A stretch of 64,000 nucleotides of DNA from Trueperaceae bacterium (lineage in GTDB: Bacteria > Deinococcota > Deinococci > Deinococcales > Trueperaceae), in assembly GCA_965215565.1 (NCBI GenBank), contig CBDCDZ010000004.1, positions 4,329,474-4,393,473 of the forward strand, read 5' to 3'. Positions within the stretch are counted from its first letter, which is position 1; each line of letters begins with the position of its first letter. The notes beneath the pieces are model-generated. The model was not told the DNA's origin, searched no databases, and saw only the letters and a program-made list of their open reading frames with translations. The position numbers and the translations under genes are program-made. Shown piece after piece: positions 19,315 to 29,836 of this stretch.

Positions 19315-20297
19315 TGCCCTCCTTACGCAACCTCCGCGAACTCCCCAAATTCCGCGACGGTCTCTCGTACCTCTACATCGAGCGCGGACGCATCGAGCAA
19401 GACGCTAAAGCCATCGCCTGGTACGGCGAAGAGGGCAAGGTGAGCGTACCCGCCGCCGCGCTGGGCGTCTTGATGCTCGGTCCCGGCACCAGCATCACCC
19501 ACGAAGCCGTGAAAGCCTTGGCGGATAACGGCTGCTTCATCAACTGGGTTGGCGAGGACAGCGTGCGCTTTTACGCGGGCGGCACAGGCGAGACGCGCAG
19601 CAGCGCCAACCTCATGCGCCAAGCGGAGTACTGGGCGGATAGTGGCAAACACCTTCAGGTAGTGCGGCGCATGTATGAGATGCGTTTTGAGGGTGGGTTA
19701 GAACCGGGGCTCACCCTCGAGCAGATTCGCGGCAAAGAGGGCGTGCGGGTGCGCACCATCTACGCCCAGATGAGTAAGGAGACCGGCGTCCCCTGGCACG
19801 GGCGCAGCTACAAACGCGGTGCTTGGGGCAGCGCTGACCCTATCAACCGCGCCCTCTCCGCCGGAGCCGCTTGCGTCTACGGCGTTTGCCACGCCGCTAT
19901 CGTTTCAGCAGGCTACAGCCCCGCACTTGGCTTTATCCACACAGGCAAGCAACTCTCCTTCGTCTACGACATCGCCGACCTCTACAAGATGGAGGTGCTC
20001 GTACCCGCCGCCTTTAGACTCGTCGCCGAGTCAGACGAGCACGTAGAGAGCCGCGTTCGGCATCACCTTAGAGACGCCATGCGCGAGGCGCGGATGTTGG
20101 AGCGCGTCGTGAGCGACCTGCACAGCCTTTTCAGCAGCGACGCCGAGAGTAATGAACGCTTTGCCGAGGACGGCGCAGCACCGGGTGAGCTGTGGGACCC
20201 GAGCGGCAACGTGGAAGGAGGGGTGAGCTATGGTGGTGATGACGCTCGAGAAAGTACCGACGAGCCTACGCGGAGAACTGAGCCGCTGGATGGTTGA
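19314..20297 (+). CDS. cas1: Type I-E Cas1
   Basis: LMLGPGTSITHEA, RGKEGVRVR, LGFIHTG..LSFVYDIADLYK. Confidence 0.97.
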   Translation: MPSLRNLRELPKFRDGLSYLYIERGRIEQDAKAIAWYGEEGKVSVPAAALGVLMLGPGTSITHEAVKALADNGCFINWVGEDSVRFYAGGTGETRSSANLMRQAEYWADSGKHLQVVRRMYEMRFEGGLEPGLTLEQIRGKEGVRVRTIYAQMSKETGVPWHGRSYKRGAWGSADPINRALSAGAACVYGVCHAAIVSAGYSPALGFIHTGKQLSFVYDIADLYKMEVLVPAAFRLVAESDEHVESRVRHHLRDAMREARMLERVVSDLHSLFSSDAESNERFAEDGAAPGELWDPSGNVEGGVSYGGDDARESTDEPTRRTEPLDG

Positions 20298-20583
20298 AGT
20301 TTCGACAGGCGTCTACGTCGGCAAACTGAGCGCTTTGGTGCGCGACCTCTTGTGGGAAAAGGTCACGAAGAGCAAACGCACCGGGCGCTGTTGTCAGGTC
20401 TACCGCACCAACACCGAACAAGGGTTTGCCATTCGCATGGACGGCGACTCGGAAAGGAGTGTCGTTGACCTGGACGGGTTATACTTAGTGGCAGTGAAAA
20501 ACGCGGCGTGGGAAAAGATGTTTGTTGAACCTGCCGAGGACCATGACAGACCCGATGGAGACATAGAGGGGTCAAAACGCTAG
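20230..20583 (+). CDS. cas2: Type I-E Cas2
   Basis: MVVMTLEKVPTSLRGELSRWMVEVSTGVYVG, EQGF, DLDGL. Confidence 0.95.
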   Translation: MVVMTLEKVPTSLRGELSRWMVEVSTGVYVGKLSALVRDLLWEKVTKSKRTGRCCQVYRTNTEQGFAIRMDGDSERSVVDLDGLYLVAVKNAAWEKMFVEPAEDHDRPDGDIEGSKR

Positions 20584-20603
20584 TTTTGCCGTCTGGGTCA
20601 AGT

Positions 20604-20992
20604 CTATTCCCCACAGGCGTGGGGATGAACCGAACCAATGGTGCGAATAGGCTCAACTATTCCCCACAGGCGTGGGGATGAACCGACACCGTGTGCGAAG
20701 AAACGGTGCATGATTTCCTATTCCCCACAGGCGTGGGGATGAACCGTATAGACACTCGGACCCAAGCGGCGAAACATGCCCTATTCCCCACAGGCGTGGG
20801 GATGAACCGAGATGGATACATCCAACTGGCACATTCAGGACCTATTCCCCACAGGCGTGGGGATGAACCGCCTCTCTCTTCACCTTCAGTTTTTTGGCTA
20901 GCCTATTCCCCACAGGCGTGGGGATGAACCGTAGAACTCGTCGATTTGCCCGATGTCCTTGCCCTATTCCCCACAGGCGTGGGGATGAACCG
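20604..20992 (+). CRISPR. Type I-E CRISPR array 2: 7 repeats, 6 spacers (24, 32, 34, 32, 32, 32 nt)
   Basis: Repeat CTATTCCCCACAGGCGTGGGGATGAACCG. Confidence 0.98.
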
Positions 20993-21002
20993 CTGAATGA
21001 GA

Positions 21003-21036
21003 AAGCCCCTAGTTGGGCTAGGGGTCTTTTCTTTTT
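21003..21036 (+). terminator. Intrinsic terminator after array 2
   Basis: CCCCTAG-TTGGG-CTAGGGG followed by a T-rich tract. Confidence 0.8.
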
Positions 21037-21054
21037 GACTCAGTGGACTTTTCT

Positions 21055-21130
21055 TGGTGGAGCTGGGGGGATTCGAACCCCCGACCTCGTGAGTGCGATT
21101 CACGCGCGCTCCCAACTGCGCCACAGCCCC
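21055..21130 (-). tRNA. tRNA-Ala(CGC)
   Basis: 76-nt cloverleaf GGGGCTG...CAGCTCCACCA, G3:U70, anticodon loop ATCGCAC, GGTTCGAATCC. Confidence 0.95.
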
Positions 21131-21140
21131 AGGCTTTAAG

Positions 21141-21169
21141 AGTCTACCGCGCTATTAGAGAGGCGTCAA
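21141..21169 (-). promoter_or_regulatory. Sigma70-type promoter of tRNA-Ala
   Basis: TTGACG-N17-TAGACT on minus strand. Confidence 0.75.
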
Positions 21170-21185
21170 GCTAGGGAGAACATAG

Positions 21186-21404
21186 TAGCAGGTATCATCT
21201 GGTTTGAGTGCGCGGAGCGATGCGAAGCAACAATCTCACTTTGAAAAGCAGTGTTCAGCACGCAAATTCAGAGATGAAATCCCGCTAGCTTCGCTGAGAC
21301 CTTTGGCGTTGCCAAAACTTCCGTTTGCGTAGCCCTTACTTCGTGAAGCTTCGCGCACCTTCGGGAGAAGCGCTCATCCGTCTCAGTATGTTTTGGAATT
21401 GCTA
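21186..21404 (+). mobile_element. MITE-like family A copy with two internal insertions
   Basis: Family A ends present, with extra segments near 21209-21231 and 21283-21376. Confidence 0.7.
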
Positions 21405-21460
21405 AAGAATAGGGTCCTGCGTTCCTTCCCTTTGCCTCCGCTGACCTCTTAGTGCTCGAG

Positions 21461-21918
21461 CTAAGATACCTCTTCACGCTGCGCTAACTCCGCGAGCTTG
21501 TCGAACTGCTTCATTGTCCCGAGCGAGATGAGGTGGTCTCCCGCGCTCAGCACGAAGTCTCCGCCTGGATTGCTGCCTTGTCTTCCACTTTGCGCCTTTC
21601 GTCCTGACCGCTGAGCTGCACCGCCACGAGGTGTTCCATGACCGCTGTGGAGAGGTAAAAGAGGCTCGCGATGCCCGTCATCGCTACGACTACCGTAAAG
21701 ATGCGCCCGACGCCGCTGAGTGGATGAATTTCATTATAGCCCACCGTCGTGATGGTGATAAAGGTCATGTAGAGGGCGTCGAGCCAAGTGCCGCCCTCGC
21801 TGAGCCACAAGAGGTAGTAGCCGAACGTGCCGACGACGATGATGCCGACAGCCAGAACAATGGGGTACTTGAGACGACGGATGAGGTCGGAGAAGTTCGG
21901 TTCGTGAGCGTCTGGCAC
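21461..21918 (-). pseudogene. Potassium channel/TrkA protein with internal deletion
   Basis: Pore TITTVGYNE and TMs, then out-of-frame TrkA_C tail SNPGGDFVLSAGDHLISLGTMKQFDKL; RCK-N domain absent. Confidence 0.75.
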
Positions 21919-21980
21919 GAGGGTATTATCTCCCAAATCCGGTGGATGATACAAACCATTAGAGGTTGACGCGGCGTCCG

Positions 21981-22733
21981 CTACCAGTAGAGGTCATACC
22001 TCGTATTCTTACTTCGCACCTCGGCGTTCGGTTTTCGGTCTCCCAGTGTCGGCGCGCTGCGCGGGCGCTTCACTACGGCGCGCTTTCGGGCGCAGGTCAG
22101 TGCGGCATCTAAGACCTCAGCCGCGTCTTCGTCGCCACCTACCAATATCCGAAAGAGACGCATCTCCTTTTTCTGCAACGCGGACTTGTTGCCGTGCGGG
22201 TACATCGGGTCTAAGTAGACTACGTCGGGGCGCTCTGCGCCTGGCAGGGCGCGCATGACCTCGGCTGCCTGCCCGACGGTGAGCGACATGTGCGCGGCGA
22301 CGGCGGACGTTTCAGGCTCCTGCCCGGCCCGCCGCAGCCCGTCCTCCAAAAGTGCCCCGACCACGGGCGACCTCTCGACGAGGTGGACGGTGCAGCCGAG
22401 CGTTGCTAGTACCCATGCGTCTTGCCCGAGCCCTGCGGTGGCGTCTAAAACGTGCGGCGCGTCGTCCGCTTTTAGGCCTACCGCCCGCGCCAGCGGCTGC
22501 TTCTTGCCGCCGCCGAACCGCCGCCGATGCGCCGCCTTGCCGCCGACGAAGTCCACGTAGACCGCGCCAGTCGGTGCGCCGACCTCGCGCAGCTCGAGCC
22601 GCGCTTCCGTCCAAACGAGCAAGAGGTCAGCCCCAGGGAACTCGAGCGAGGTGAGAGGTAAGCTCAGTCTCTTCGCGAGGTCTTGTGCTCGCTCAGCGGT
22701 CTGCTCGGAAGAGGGGGCAACAGCGACGCGCAT
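21981..22733 (-). CDS. rsmJ: 16S rRNA m2G1516 methyltransferase
   Basis: VDFVGG..AHRR, DATAGLGQD, YLDPMYPH, KKEM, VVKRP; TAAAAT 7 nt before ATG. Confidence 0.92.
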   Translation of the reverse strand: MRVAVAPSSEQTAERAQDLAKRLSLPLTSLEFPGADLLLVWTEARLELREVGAPTGAVYVDFVGGKAAHRRRFGGGKKQPLARAVGLKADDAPHVLDATAGLGQDAWVLATLGCTVHLVERSPVVGALLEDGLRRAGQEPETSAVAAHMSLTVGQAAEVMRALPGAERPDVVYLDPMYPHGNKSALQKKEMRLFRILVGGDEDAAEVLDAALTCARKRAVVKRPRSAPTLGDRKPNAEVRSKNTRYDLYW

Positions 22734-22884
22734 GACGTCTATTTTAAGAGGTGCTGCGCTCAGCAAAACGTTGTCAGGTTAGCGTTTCCAAAAGGTTCTG
22801 CGCCAATTGTAGCTGAGGGTAATGTTGTTAAAAGGTCAATTTGATACCTTAATATTTAAGGCATTTATACCACAGGAGGATATT

Positions 22885-23268
22885 ATGGCAGTCGATGATT
22901 TAAGACAAAACAAGATGATGACGCACTTGTTGGAGAGCCTCGAGGACGGCAAAGACATCGGTCACTACGGACGCTTGGTGTTCACGATGGTGGCGCGTCA
23001 CTTCGTGAGTAACGACGAACTCGTCGACCTCTTAGCGCAGGATAAAGATGAGGACAAGGACGAGGCGAGGGGTCTGGTGCAGCAGGTCGAAGACGCGGAC
23101 TATAGCCCGCCCAGCCGCGACACCATCCTCGGCTATCACAAGCAGCAAGACTTTCCGATCCTGCCCGACGCGGACGACCCGGACGTTGGCAACGTCTATC
23201 AGGATTTGACCTTCCCTGACCATGTGTACGAGAGCATCGCGGAGTACCGGGAGCAGAAGGCGAGCTAG
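22885..23268 (+). CDS. Conserved hypothetical protein
   Basis: AGGAGG RBS; GKDIGHYGRLVF; acidic. Confidence 0.75.
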   Translation: MAVDDLRQNKMMTHLLESLEDGKDIGHYGRLVFTMVARHFVSNDELVDLLAQDKDEDKDEARGLVQQVEDADYSPPSRDTILGYHKQQDFPILPDADDPDVGNVYQDLTFPDHVYESIAEYREQKAS

Positions 23269-23272
23269 AAAG

Positions 23273-23342
23273 TAGCAATGAGCAACGAGCAATGAGTCTA
23301 AAGCCTTTCACTCGTTGCTCATTGCTTTTAACTCATTGCTGC
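23273..23342. repeat. Heptamer tandem repeats (AGCAATG) in inverted arrangement between convergent genes
   Basis: AGCAATG AGCAACG AGCAATG ... CTCGTTG CTCATTG. Confidence 0.7.
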
Positions 23343-23343
23343 T

Positions 23344-23874
23344 TTACTCAACAACGACGCGGTACGTGAAGACCTCTTCTTGGGCGGGCTCCACCGGCGT
23401 GAGCAGCGTCCAGCGGACTGCAGCGTAGGCGCTTGGCGCGACGACGTCACCTGAGCCGCCCGTTCCCTCGTCCGAGCTTGTCACGGGTGGCTCGCTGTAG
23501 GTCTCGCCGTCGGCGGTGAATTCGGTCAAGATGCGTTCCGAACTCGGCGTAGCGGAATCTTCAATGTAGCGTGTGCCCTCGGGGATAGGCCCGGTAACGA
23601 CTACCGTGCCAGCGGGCAAGGTGGTCTCCTCTTGGCTGCTGACTGTCAGCCGGTACTCGACGACTTGCCCCGGTCTGGCGGTCGAGGCGGCGCTGAAGCG
23701 CTCCTCCACGTCGCCGCTCTCATTTGTGACCTCGCTGACGACGAACGCCTCAACGCCCACCGTGACGGGTTCGGTACCGCTCTGCGTGCCGCTCTCGCCG
23801 CCGGTTTGTGCCCCTGCGAATCCTAATGCGGTTAAACAAATGGTGAGGTAGAAAATCGTTACTTTACGCTGCAT
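23344..23874 (-). CDS. Secreted DUF11-like protein
   Basis: Signal peptide; ARPGQVVEYRL, PIPEGTRY, VRWTL. Confidence 0.7.
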   Translation of the reverse strand: MQRKVTIFYLTICLTALGFAGAQTGGESGTQSGTEPVTVGVEAFVVSEVTNESGDVEERFSAASTARPGQVVEYRLTVSSQEETTLPAGTVVVTGPIPEGTRYIEDSATPSSERILTEFTADGETYSEPPVTSSDEGTGGSGDVVAPSAYAAVRWTLLTPVEPAQEEVFTYRVVVE

Positions 23875-24104
23875 GACTGCCTCCAAAGCTTGGCTTGATT
23901 TTAGTTTCTCAGTCGCGTTATCGCTGCTCTCATCTATCGTGCCTGACTTTACCTACAAACATATGAAAGAATCATTAAGGTAGTCGGTGTAGAGTGGATT
24001 TTACGCTGCTTAATTGGAAGGTTAAGAGGTTGTTTTGCTATGTTCTTCTTGTCTAAAATCGAAGTTGAACTCGAGCCTCCCTACGAACTTACAACACTGC
24101 CGCT

Positions 24105-25685
24105 CTAGCCCGAGGCTACCTGTAAGCCTCGGCTGCGCTCCTTCTCCACCTCCGCGCTGCTGAGCGTTTGGGGCACGCTTCCGATGCCGAGCCCCACGAG
24201 CGCCCAGATGAGCGGATCGACATTCTGCGTGGCGAACCAGAACATACCGTAGAGCAGATATGTGGCGAGGGCGAGCAGCGTGGCGAGGGCGAGGGGGGTG
24301 TGCGCCCGGTAGAGCAGCCTCGAGCAGGCGAGCAAAAACCCCATGAAGAGAAGCATCGCGGGCAAGCCGCTGGCGAAAGCAATATCTAGAAAGTAGTTGT
24401 GGACGCCGTAGGGGTTCATCGCGGTGAGCGTAAGGGTGCCCGTTTCGGGGTGCGTGTAAATCGCGAGCTTGCCGACGCGGAGCGCGTCTTTGGCGATAGG
24501 CTCGGGCAGAAATTCGCGCATGAGCGTGTCAGCTTGTTCGGGCGTAGCGAGCGGCCACACGACGTTGGCGAGCGCGTACGCGCCGTGACCCGTCAGCGGG
24601 CGCTGCGCTATCGCCTGCGCCGCCACGTCCCAAAGGATCATGCGGTGCGAGACGTTCGCGTCTTCGCCCTGCACCGCCGCGCCGATTCGCCCCATGCGAA
24701 ACTGCGCGTGAGACGAGGTTTGCACCACGCCAAAGCCAGCGCCCAGCGCGAGCGCGCTCAGGAGCAACACCCGCGCGCGGTAGCGCTGCGTGTAGAAGAG
24801 GATGTAGCCAACCAATACGCCCAGCACCATCACGGCGGCGAGGAGCCCCGCGCGGCCGCCGCTCGCCACGAGCGCGGCGGCTAAGACCGCGATGAGCACG
24901 CCGTCTACGAGGCTGAGCTGCGCCGAGAGTGCGCGCCACGAAAACCAGAAGACGAGCGCGACGCCTACAAACGCAGAAACATACGCCTGATGTCCCATCG
25001 AAGCCAAGAGGTTCGTGCGGAGCTGCGTCGCCGGATCGAGTAGCGACATCGGCTCGAACCCGTGCGCCTCGGTCAGCGTCCAGAGGCCTACTAAAGCTGC
25101 GCCCCCTATCATCATCATGAGGGGGACGCGCAGCGGCAGCACCTTGCTCGAGGCTAAGACCGCCGCGATCAGCGCCAAGCTGTACCAGGCGCTCTCGAGC
25201 ACCTTGATGACCACGCTCTCGAGCTGGTTGCTTAAAAAGGGCAGACCGAAGTTGAGGTTGGCAGGACTGAAAAAACTCGCGACGATGAGCGAGAGGATAA
25301 ACGCGCCGAGCCACCAGAAGGTGGTCTGCGCGGGCGGCGGTACGAGTCCCGACAAGAGGCGCGAGGAGGGCACGCCGTCACCTCGCAACCTCTTCGCGCG
25401 CCAGATGACTAGCGCCACGCCGAGCACCCAGAGCAGCACGAAGGTGACGACTTTGGGCACGAGCGTCTCGATCTGTTCCTCCTCCTGAAAGTCGGCGATC
25501 GAGGTGGGAAACGCCCGCACGAGCGTGTCGGGCAAGCGCCCCAAGGGAAATACAATGAAGATGAGAGACCAGAAGAGAAGATGTAAGGTGCGTTCTGTAG
25601 AGTGGGTCATCTTGGAAAAAGGAGGCGCTTTCTGTACCCCGTTGGGGTCTATCGTCGTTGGGCTGTCTCTATTTTTAGAGTTCAC
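24105..25685 (-). CDS. O-antigen ligase family membrane protein
   Basis: Multi-TM; SGGRAG, R..LW..A...I..RPLTGHG, HNYFLD. Confidence 0.75.
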   Translation of the reverse strand: MNSKNRDSPTTIDPNGVQKAPPFSKMTHSTERTLHLLFWSLIFIVFPLGRLPDTLVRAFPTSIADFQEEEQIETLVPKVVTFVLLWVLGVALVIWRAKRLRGDGVPSSRLLSGLVPPPAQTTFWWLGAFILSLIVASFFSPANLNFGLPFLSNQLESVVIKVLESAWYSLALIAAVLASSKVLPLRVPLMMMIGGAALVGLWTLTEAHGFEPMSLLDPATQLRTNLLASMGHQAYVSAFVGVALVFWFSWRALSAQLSLVDGVLIAVLAAALVASGGRAGLLAAVMVLGVLVGYILFYTQRYRARVLLLSALALGAGFGVVQTSSHAQFRMGRIGAAVQGEDANVSHRMILWDVAAQAIAQRPLTGHGAYALANVVWPLATPEQADTLMREFLPEPIAKDALRVGKLAIYTHPETGTLTLTAMNPYGVHNYFLDIAFASGLPAMLLFMGFLLACSRLLYRAHTPLALATLLALATYLLYGMFWFATQNVDPLIWALVGLGIGSVPQTLSSAEVEKERSRGLQVASG

Positions 25686-26262
25686 AAAGCTTGCGCAGGT
25701 GCTAGCACGTTCGCGCCTCTAGCTTACCGCCTCTCTCATGTGAATGATTATGCTCGCGTCACAACGACACGCTTAGGTTTATGGTTACAGAGTGTTTTGG
25801 GTCATCTATTTCACATAGTGCGCTGTCAGCGAGATGAGGAAACCACGCTCCTGATGTGTAGAAAGAACCGAAAAGCGTTTGGGACCAAAAGACTCGAGAA
25901 GGAAACGCAATGCGAGCGCAGAACGGGGTATGAACACATCCGCCTGCTACCTCTAAGCTAGGACGGGTGCTAAAACGTGAGCTGACATGTCGGTCACGGC
26001 TCGAGGGCCTGCTCGTTCAATCTCATTCAGTTTTCGGCAAAAGCGCGGCGGCGTTGCGGGAAATATACCATCTTTGTGACCTTGGGTCTCGAGATGTACT
26101 CCCGTTTCAGCTCTGCGCAGCCTCTCCGCGCCGAAAACTCGTCATACTATTAGGGTACATGAAAGGGTTGTGTGAACGGCTTTCCTGAGCGGGTTATGAG
26201 CCTTTCGCACAGGTAACGAGAACTCGTGTTCTCGTTGAGGGGGCAGTCCAGGAAGGAATGCG

Positions 26263-27237
26263 ATGAAGTACTACAAGGTTCCCCGTACCGACTTAGAGGT
26301 CAGCCGCCTCGCCTACGGTACCTGGCATTTAGGCGGCACTTGGGACAAGACGCCGCCAGGCGATGAAATTAAGACGAGGGCAAGCGACCTCATCGTCAAG
26401 GCGTACGAACTTGGCGTCAACCACGTCGACTTGGCCGATATCTATACGCTCGGCAAGTCCGACGAGGTGGTGGGTTACGCCCTCAAACGAAACCCAAGGC
26501 TGCGTGACAAGCTGGTCCTGCAAGAAAAAGCGGGTATCATTATCGGCGACGATCCTGACTTCGGTCCGCCCTCACGCTACGACTTTTCGTTCGACCATCT
26601 CGTGAAGGCCGTCGAAACGAGCTTGCGTCGTCTGGGCACGGACTACGTCGACCTCTTGGCCTTTCACCGCCCCGATCCGCTCGTCGATTTAGAAGAGGTG
26701 GCGCGGGCGGTAGAACATTTGCACAGCGCGGGTATGGTGCGCTACTTCGGGGTGAGCAACCACAGCGCGGCGCAAGTCGAGCTGCTCCAAAAACATCTGG
26801 ACCAACCCCTGGTGGTGAATCAGCTCGAGCTGAGCCTTCTACATCCCTACTTGATTAGCAGTGGCGTCTTGGTGAACCGCGCGGACGCGCCTTTCGCGCA
26901 CACGGACGGAACCCTGGAATACTGCCGCTTGAAGGGCATCATGGTGCAAGCCTGGTCGCCCGTCGCAGGCGGGCGGCTCTTTAAGGTTGCGGATGACGCG
27001 CCGCAAAACGAGCGGGACGCAGCGGACCTCATTGCTAAACTCGCTGAGGAAAAGGAAACGAGCAAAGAGGCTATCGCGCTCTCGTGGCTGCTGCGTCACC
27101 CCGCTGGAATCCAGCCGATTTTAGGTACCGAAAAGATTTCGCGCCTGGAAAGTTGCGCTCAGGCTGATGAGATAGGACTTACGCGCAGAGAGTGGTACAG
27201 CCTGTTAGAAGCGGCGAGAGGGGAGAGCGTTCCCTGA
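26263..27237 (+). CDS. Aldo/keto reductase
   Basis: DLADIY, HRPDPL, GVSNH, QAWSP, WLLRHP. Confidence 0.92.
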   Translation: MKYYKVPRTDLEVSRLAYGTWHLGGTWDKTPPGDEIKTRASDLIVKAYELGVNHVDLADIYTLGKSDEVVGYALKRNPRLRDKLVLQEKAGIIIGDDPDFGPPSRYDFSFDHLVKAVETSLRRLGTDYVDLLAFHRPDPLVDLEEVARAVEHLHSAGMVRYFGVSNHSAAQVELLQKHLDQPLVVNQLELSLLHPYLISSGVLVNRADAPFAHTDGTLEYCRLKGIMVQAWSPVAGGRLFKVADDAPQNERDAADLIAKLAEEKETSKEAIALSWLLRHPAGIQPILGTEKISRLESCAQADEIGLTRREWYSLLEAARGESVP

Positions 27238-28427
27238 TGCTAACGTCTAACCGAGAACCTGAAAAAGCCGGAAGTCCGAACATCAACGTCCGCTCCGCCC
27301 ACCTCACCGGCGCGGAAGTCGCCTGGTTCGCGCCCATCTGCGACGACGATTACGAGTTTTTAGGCGTGCCCGATAAGGGTCTTAAATCGACCTTCGCGCA
27401 CAGCGCCGATGTCCTCTTGCGCGCTGACACGCTCGGCTACCGCAACATCTTATGCCCGTCGTCGTATCAAGTCGGGCAGGATACCTGGACGTTTGCCTCG
27501 GGCGTCGCGCCGCAGACACGAAATATCAACCTGCTCACCGCCATTCGCTGCGGCGAGTTGCACCCGCCGATGTTGGCGCGGGCCGTCGCGACGCTCGACC
27601 ACATGCTCCAAGGGCGCTTGACTATCAACATCATCTCGTCGAATTTGCCCGGTGAAGACCTGGACTCGGCGGCGCGGTACGGGCGCTCTCGTGAGGTCAT
27701 AAAAATCTTAAAGCAAGCGTGGACGCAAGAGTATATCGACTTCTCGGGCGACTTCTACAACATCAAGCTGGACACGACGGAGCCCGTGAAGCCCTATCAG
27801 CAAGGCGGTCCGCTCCTCTACTTCGGCGGCTACTCCCCGGCTGGCAAAGACCTCTGCGCCGAGCACTGCGACGTCTACCTCATGTGGCCCGACACCGAAG
27901 AGAATTTGCGCGGGCATATGGAGGATTTGAGCGCGAGGGCCGAAGCGTACGGGCGCACCCTCGACTACGGCTTGCGCGTGCACGTCGTCGTGCGAGAGAC
28001 CGAGGAAGAAGCGCGTGAGGCGGCGCAGAAGCTGGTGTCTAAACTCGACGACGTCAGAGGCTCCGAGATCAAAAACCGCGCTCTGGACGCCCGCACGCTA
28101 GGCGTCTCTCTCCAGAGCGAAGCGCGAAAAAAGTCCGACGCCGAAGGCTACGCTGAGCCGCACCTTTGGACGGGCATCGGGCGCGCCCGTTCGGGTTGCG
28201 GTGCGGCGCTCGTCGGTAACCCCGAGCAGATCACTGAAAAGTTGAGGCGCTATCACCAGATGGGCATCCGCGCCTTTATCCTCTCGGGCTATCCGAGCTT
28301 AGACGAATGTAAGCGCTTTGGGGAGCTGGTCTTGCCGGGGCTCGAGACCCTCTCCTTACCGCAAAAACTCGGACGCATTCCCTCAGAGGAGCCGCTGACG
28401 CCGCTGGGGGCAGGGCCGAGGCGGTGA
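27237..28427 (+). CDS. LLM-class flavin-dependent monooxygenase (SsuD-like)
   Basis: ATLDH, LYFGGYS, GAALVG, FILSGYP; TGATG overlap with upstream gene. Confidence 0.88.
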   Translation: MLTSNREPEKAGSPNINVRSAHLTGAEVAWFAPICDDDYEFLGVPDKGLKSTFAHSADVLLRADTLGYRNILCPSSYQVGQDTWTFASGVAPQTRNINLLTAIRCGELHPPMLARAVATLDHMLQGRLTINIISSNLPGEDLDSAARYGRSREVIKILKQAWTQEYIDFSGDFYNIKLDTTEPVKPYQQGGPLLYFGGYSPAGKDLCAEHCDVYLMWPDTEENLRGHMEDLSARAEAYGRTLDYGLRVHVVVRETEEEAREAAQKLVSKLDDVRGSEIKNRALDARTLGVSLQSEARKKSDAEGYAEPHLWTGIGRARSGCGAALVGNPEQITEKLRRYHQMGIRAFILSGYPSLDECKRFGELVLPGLETLSLPQKLGRIPSEEPLTPLGAGPRR

Positions 28428-28449
28428 AAGAGCTAAAGTATTAAGGCGT

Positions 28450-28528
28450 TTTTAGCATTTCAGCTCGTCAGTGTGTCAGCACTTCAGGGGAAAATCTGAA
28501 GTGCTGACACGCTGAAATGCTGAGTTGC
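28450..28528. repeat. Octamer tandem repeats forming a hairpin between convergent genes
   Basis: ...GTGTCA GCACTTCA / TGAAGTGC TGACAC GCTGAAATGC. Confidence 0.65.
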
Positions 28529-29836
28529 TTATCCTTTGACCCCCCCCGCCTGCGTCTGCCCCGTCAGCGCTTCCTGGAACGAGTAGAAGATAAATAAAAT
28601 CGGCAAACTCCCTAAGACCGCGCTCGCCGCGAGCGAGCCCCACTGCGTGTTGAACTGCTGCCCGGCGCTAAACGTGCGCAGCCCGATGCCGATGGTCCAG
28701 CGGTTGTCGCCGGTCAAGAGGATGTTGGCTAAGATGAACTCGCTATACGTGCCGATGAACTGCAACAAGAAGATGAAGATGAGCATCGGCACGCTTAGAG
28801 GCAAGATGATGCGCCAGAATGCGCCCCAGCGCGTCGCGCCGTCCACCATCGCCGCCTCTTCCAAACTCGGGCTGACCGATTCCAGATATCCTTTGAAAAT
28901 CCACGACGAAAAGGCAATTGCGCCGCCCGAATACGCCAGAATCAAGCCGACGAAGGAGTTGAGCAGCCCTAAGAAGTTCATGAGGTAGAAAATAGCGACA
29001 ATCGCCATAAACGCCGGGAACATCTGCACGAAAACAAAGGTCAGGAGTGTCCCGTAGCGCCCCTCGAACTTCATGCGGGCGAAGGCGTAGCCCGCCGTCG
29101 CGCTGATGATCACGGCGAGTAGCCCGGTGACCCCCGATACAAGCAGCGTGTTGCGGATGAAGAGCACCACTTTCTTCTCACTCGCCGACGCTTGGCGCTG
29201 ACCGTTCTCGTTGACCCTGTAGAACTGCTCGGGCGTGATGCTGAGCACTAAAATAGCCGCCGAGAGGAAGAGCGTCCAGCCGAAAATCGTCTGCAGCCGC
29301 TCCGTGCGAACGCCGCCGCCCATGCGCTTACGGATGGCAACGAAGGTGAGCCCGACGATAGCGAGCACGAACACCGCGATCAAAATCCACTGGTACCAGA
29401 GGATGTGCGTTTCGCTCAGGATTCTCTGATACTGCACGAATGAAAAGCGCGACGGGTCGGGTAGGATTCCGGCGCGCACCAAGAGGTTGCCCTCGTTTGG
29501 CGGCGCAGAAAGTAGGTTGTTGTTGCGGTTAAAGGAGACCGCGACTAAGTTGATGACCGGGTAGAGCACCAGCACGAGCGCCACCCAGATGAACATGTGC
29601 GTAGCGGAGGTCAGCGCGTACTGCGTCGCCTTAGCGGGGCGCGTGGCGCGTCCGTAGAGGTACGCCGCCAAGCCGATGCCACCTGTGATAAGCACGAAAG
29701 CGAGCAAGAACCACGCCCAGCCGTACGGGATGACGAGGAACTGACCGCGCCGCTCCTGCGCAAAGGCGACAGAGAAACTGAGTAGAGCGAGTAGGGGGAG
29801 GGCCCTAGCCGCCATCATAGTCGTACGGTTCATCAT
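28529..29836 (-). CDS. malG: Maltose/maltodextrin ABC permease
   Basis: EEAAMVDGA loop, YAFARM, QMFP. Confidence 0.85.
   Translation of the reverse strand: MMNRTTMMAARALPLLALLSFSVAFAQERRGQFLVIPYGWAWFLLAFVLITGGIGLAAYLYGRATRPAKATQYALTSATHMFIWVALVLVLYPVINLVAVSFNRNNNLLSAPPNEGNLLVRAGILPDPSRFSFVQYQRILSETHILWYQWILIAVFVLAIVGLTFVAIRKRMGGGVRTERLQTIFGWTLFLSAAILVLSITPEQFYRVNENGQRQASASEKKVVLFIRNTLLVSGVTGLLAVIISATAGYAFARMKFEGRYGTLLTFVFVQMFPAFMAIVAIFYLMNFLGLLNSFVGLILAYSGGAIAFSSWIFKGYLESVSPSLEEAAMVDGATRWGAFWRIILPLSVPMLIFIFLLQFIGTYSEFILANILLTGDNRWTIGIGLRTFSAGQQFNTQWGSLAASAVLGSLPILFIFYSFQEALTGQTQAGGVKG

Noticed and set aside
21055..21080. tRNA-Ala 3' end as att site of an island
   Set aside because: No duplicate of the tRNA end and no integrase found in the window
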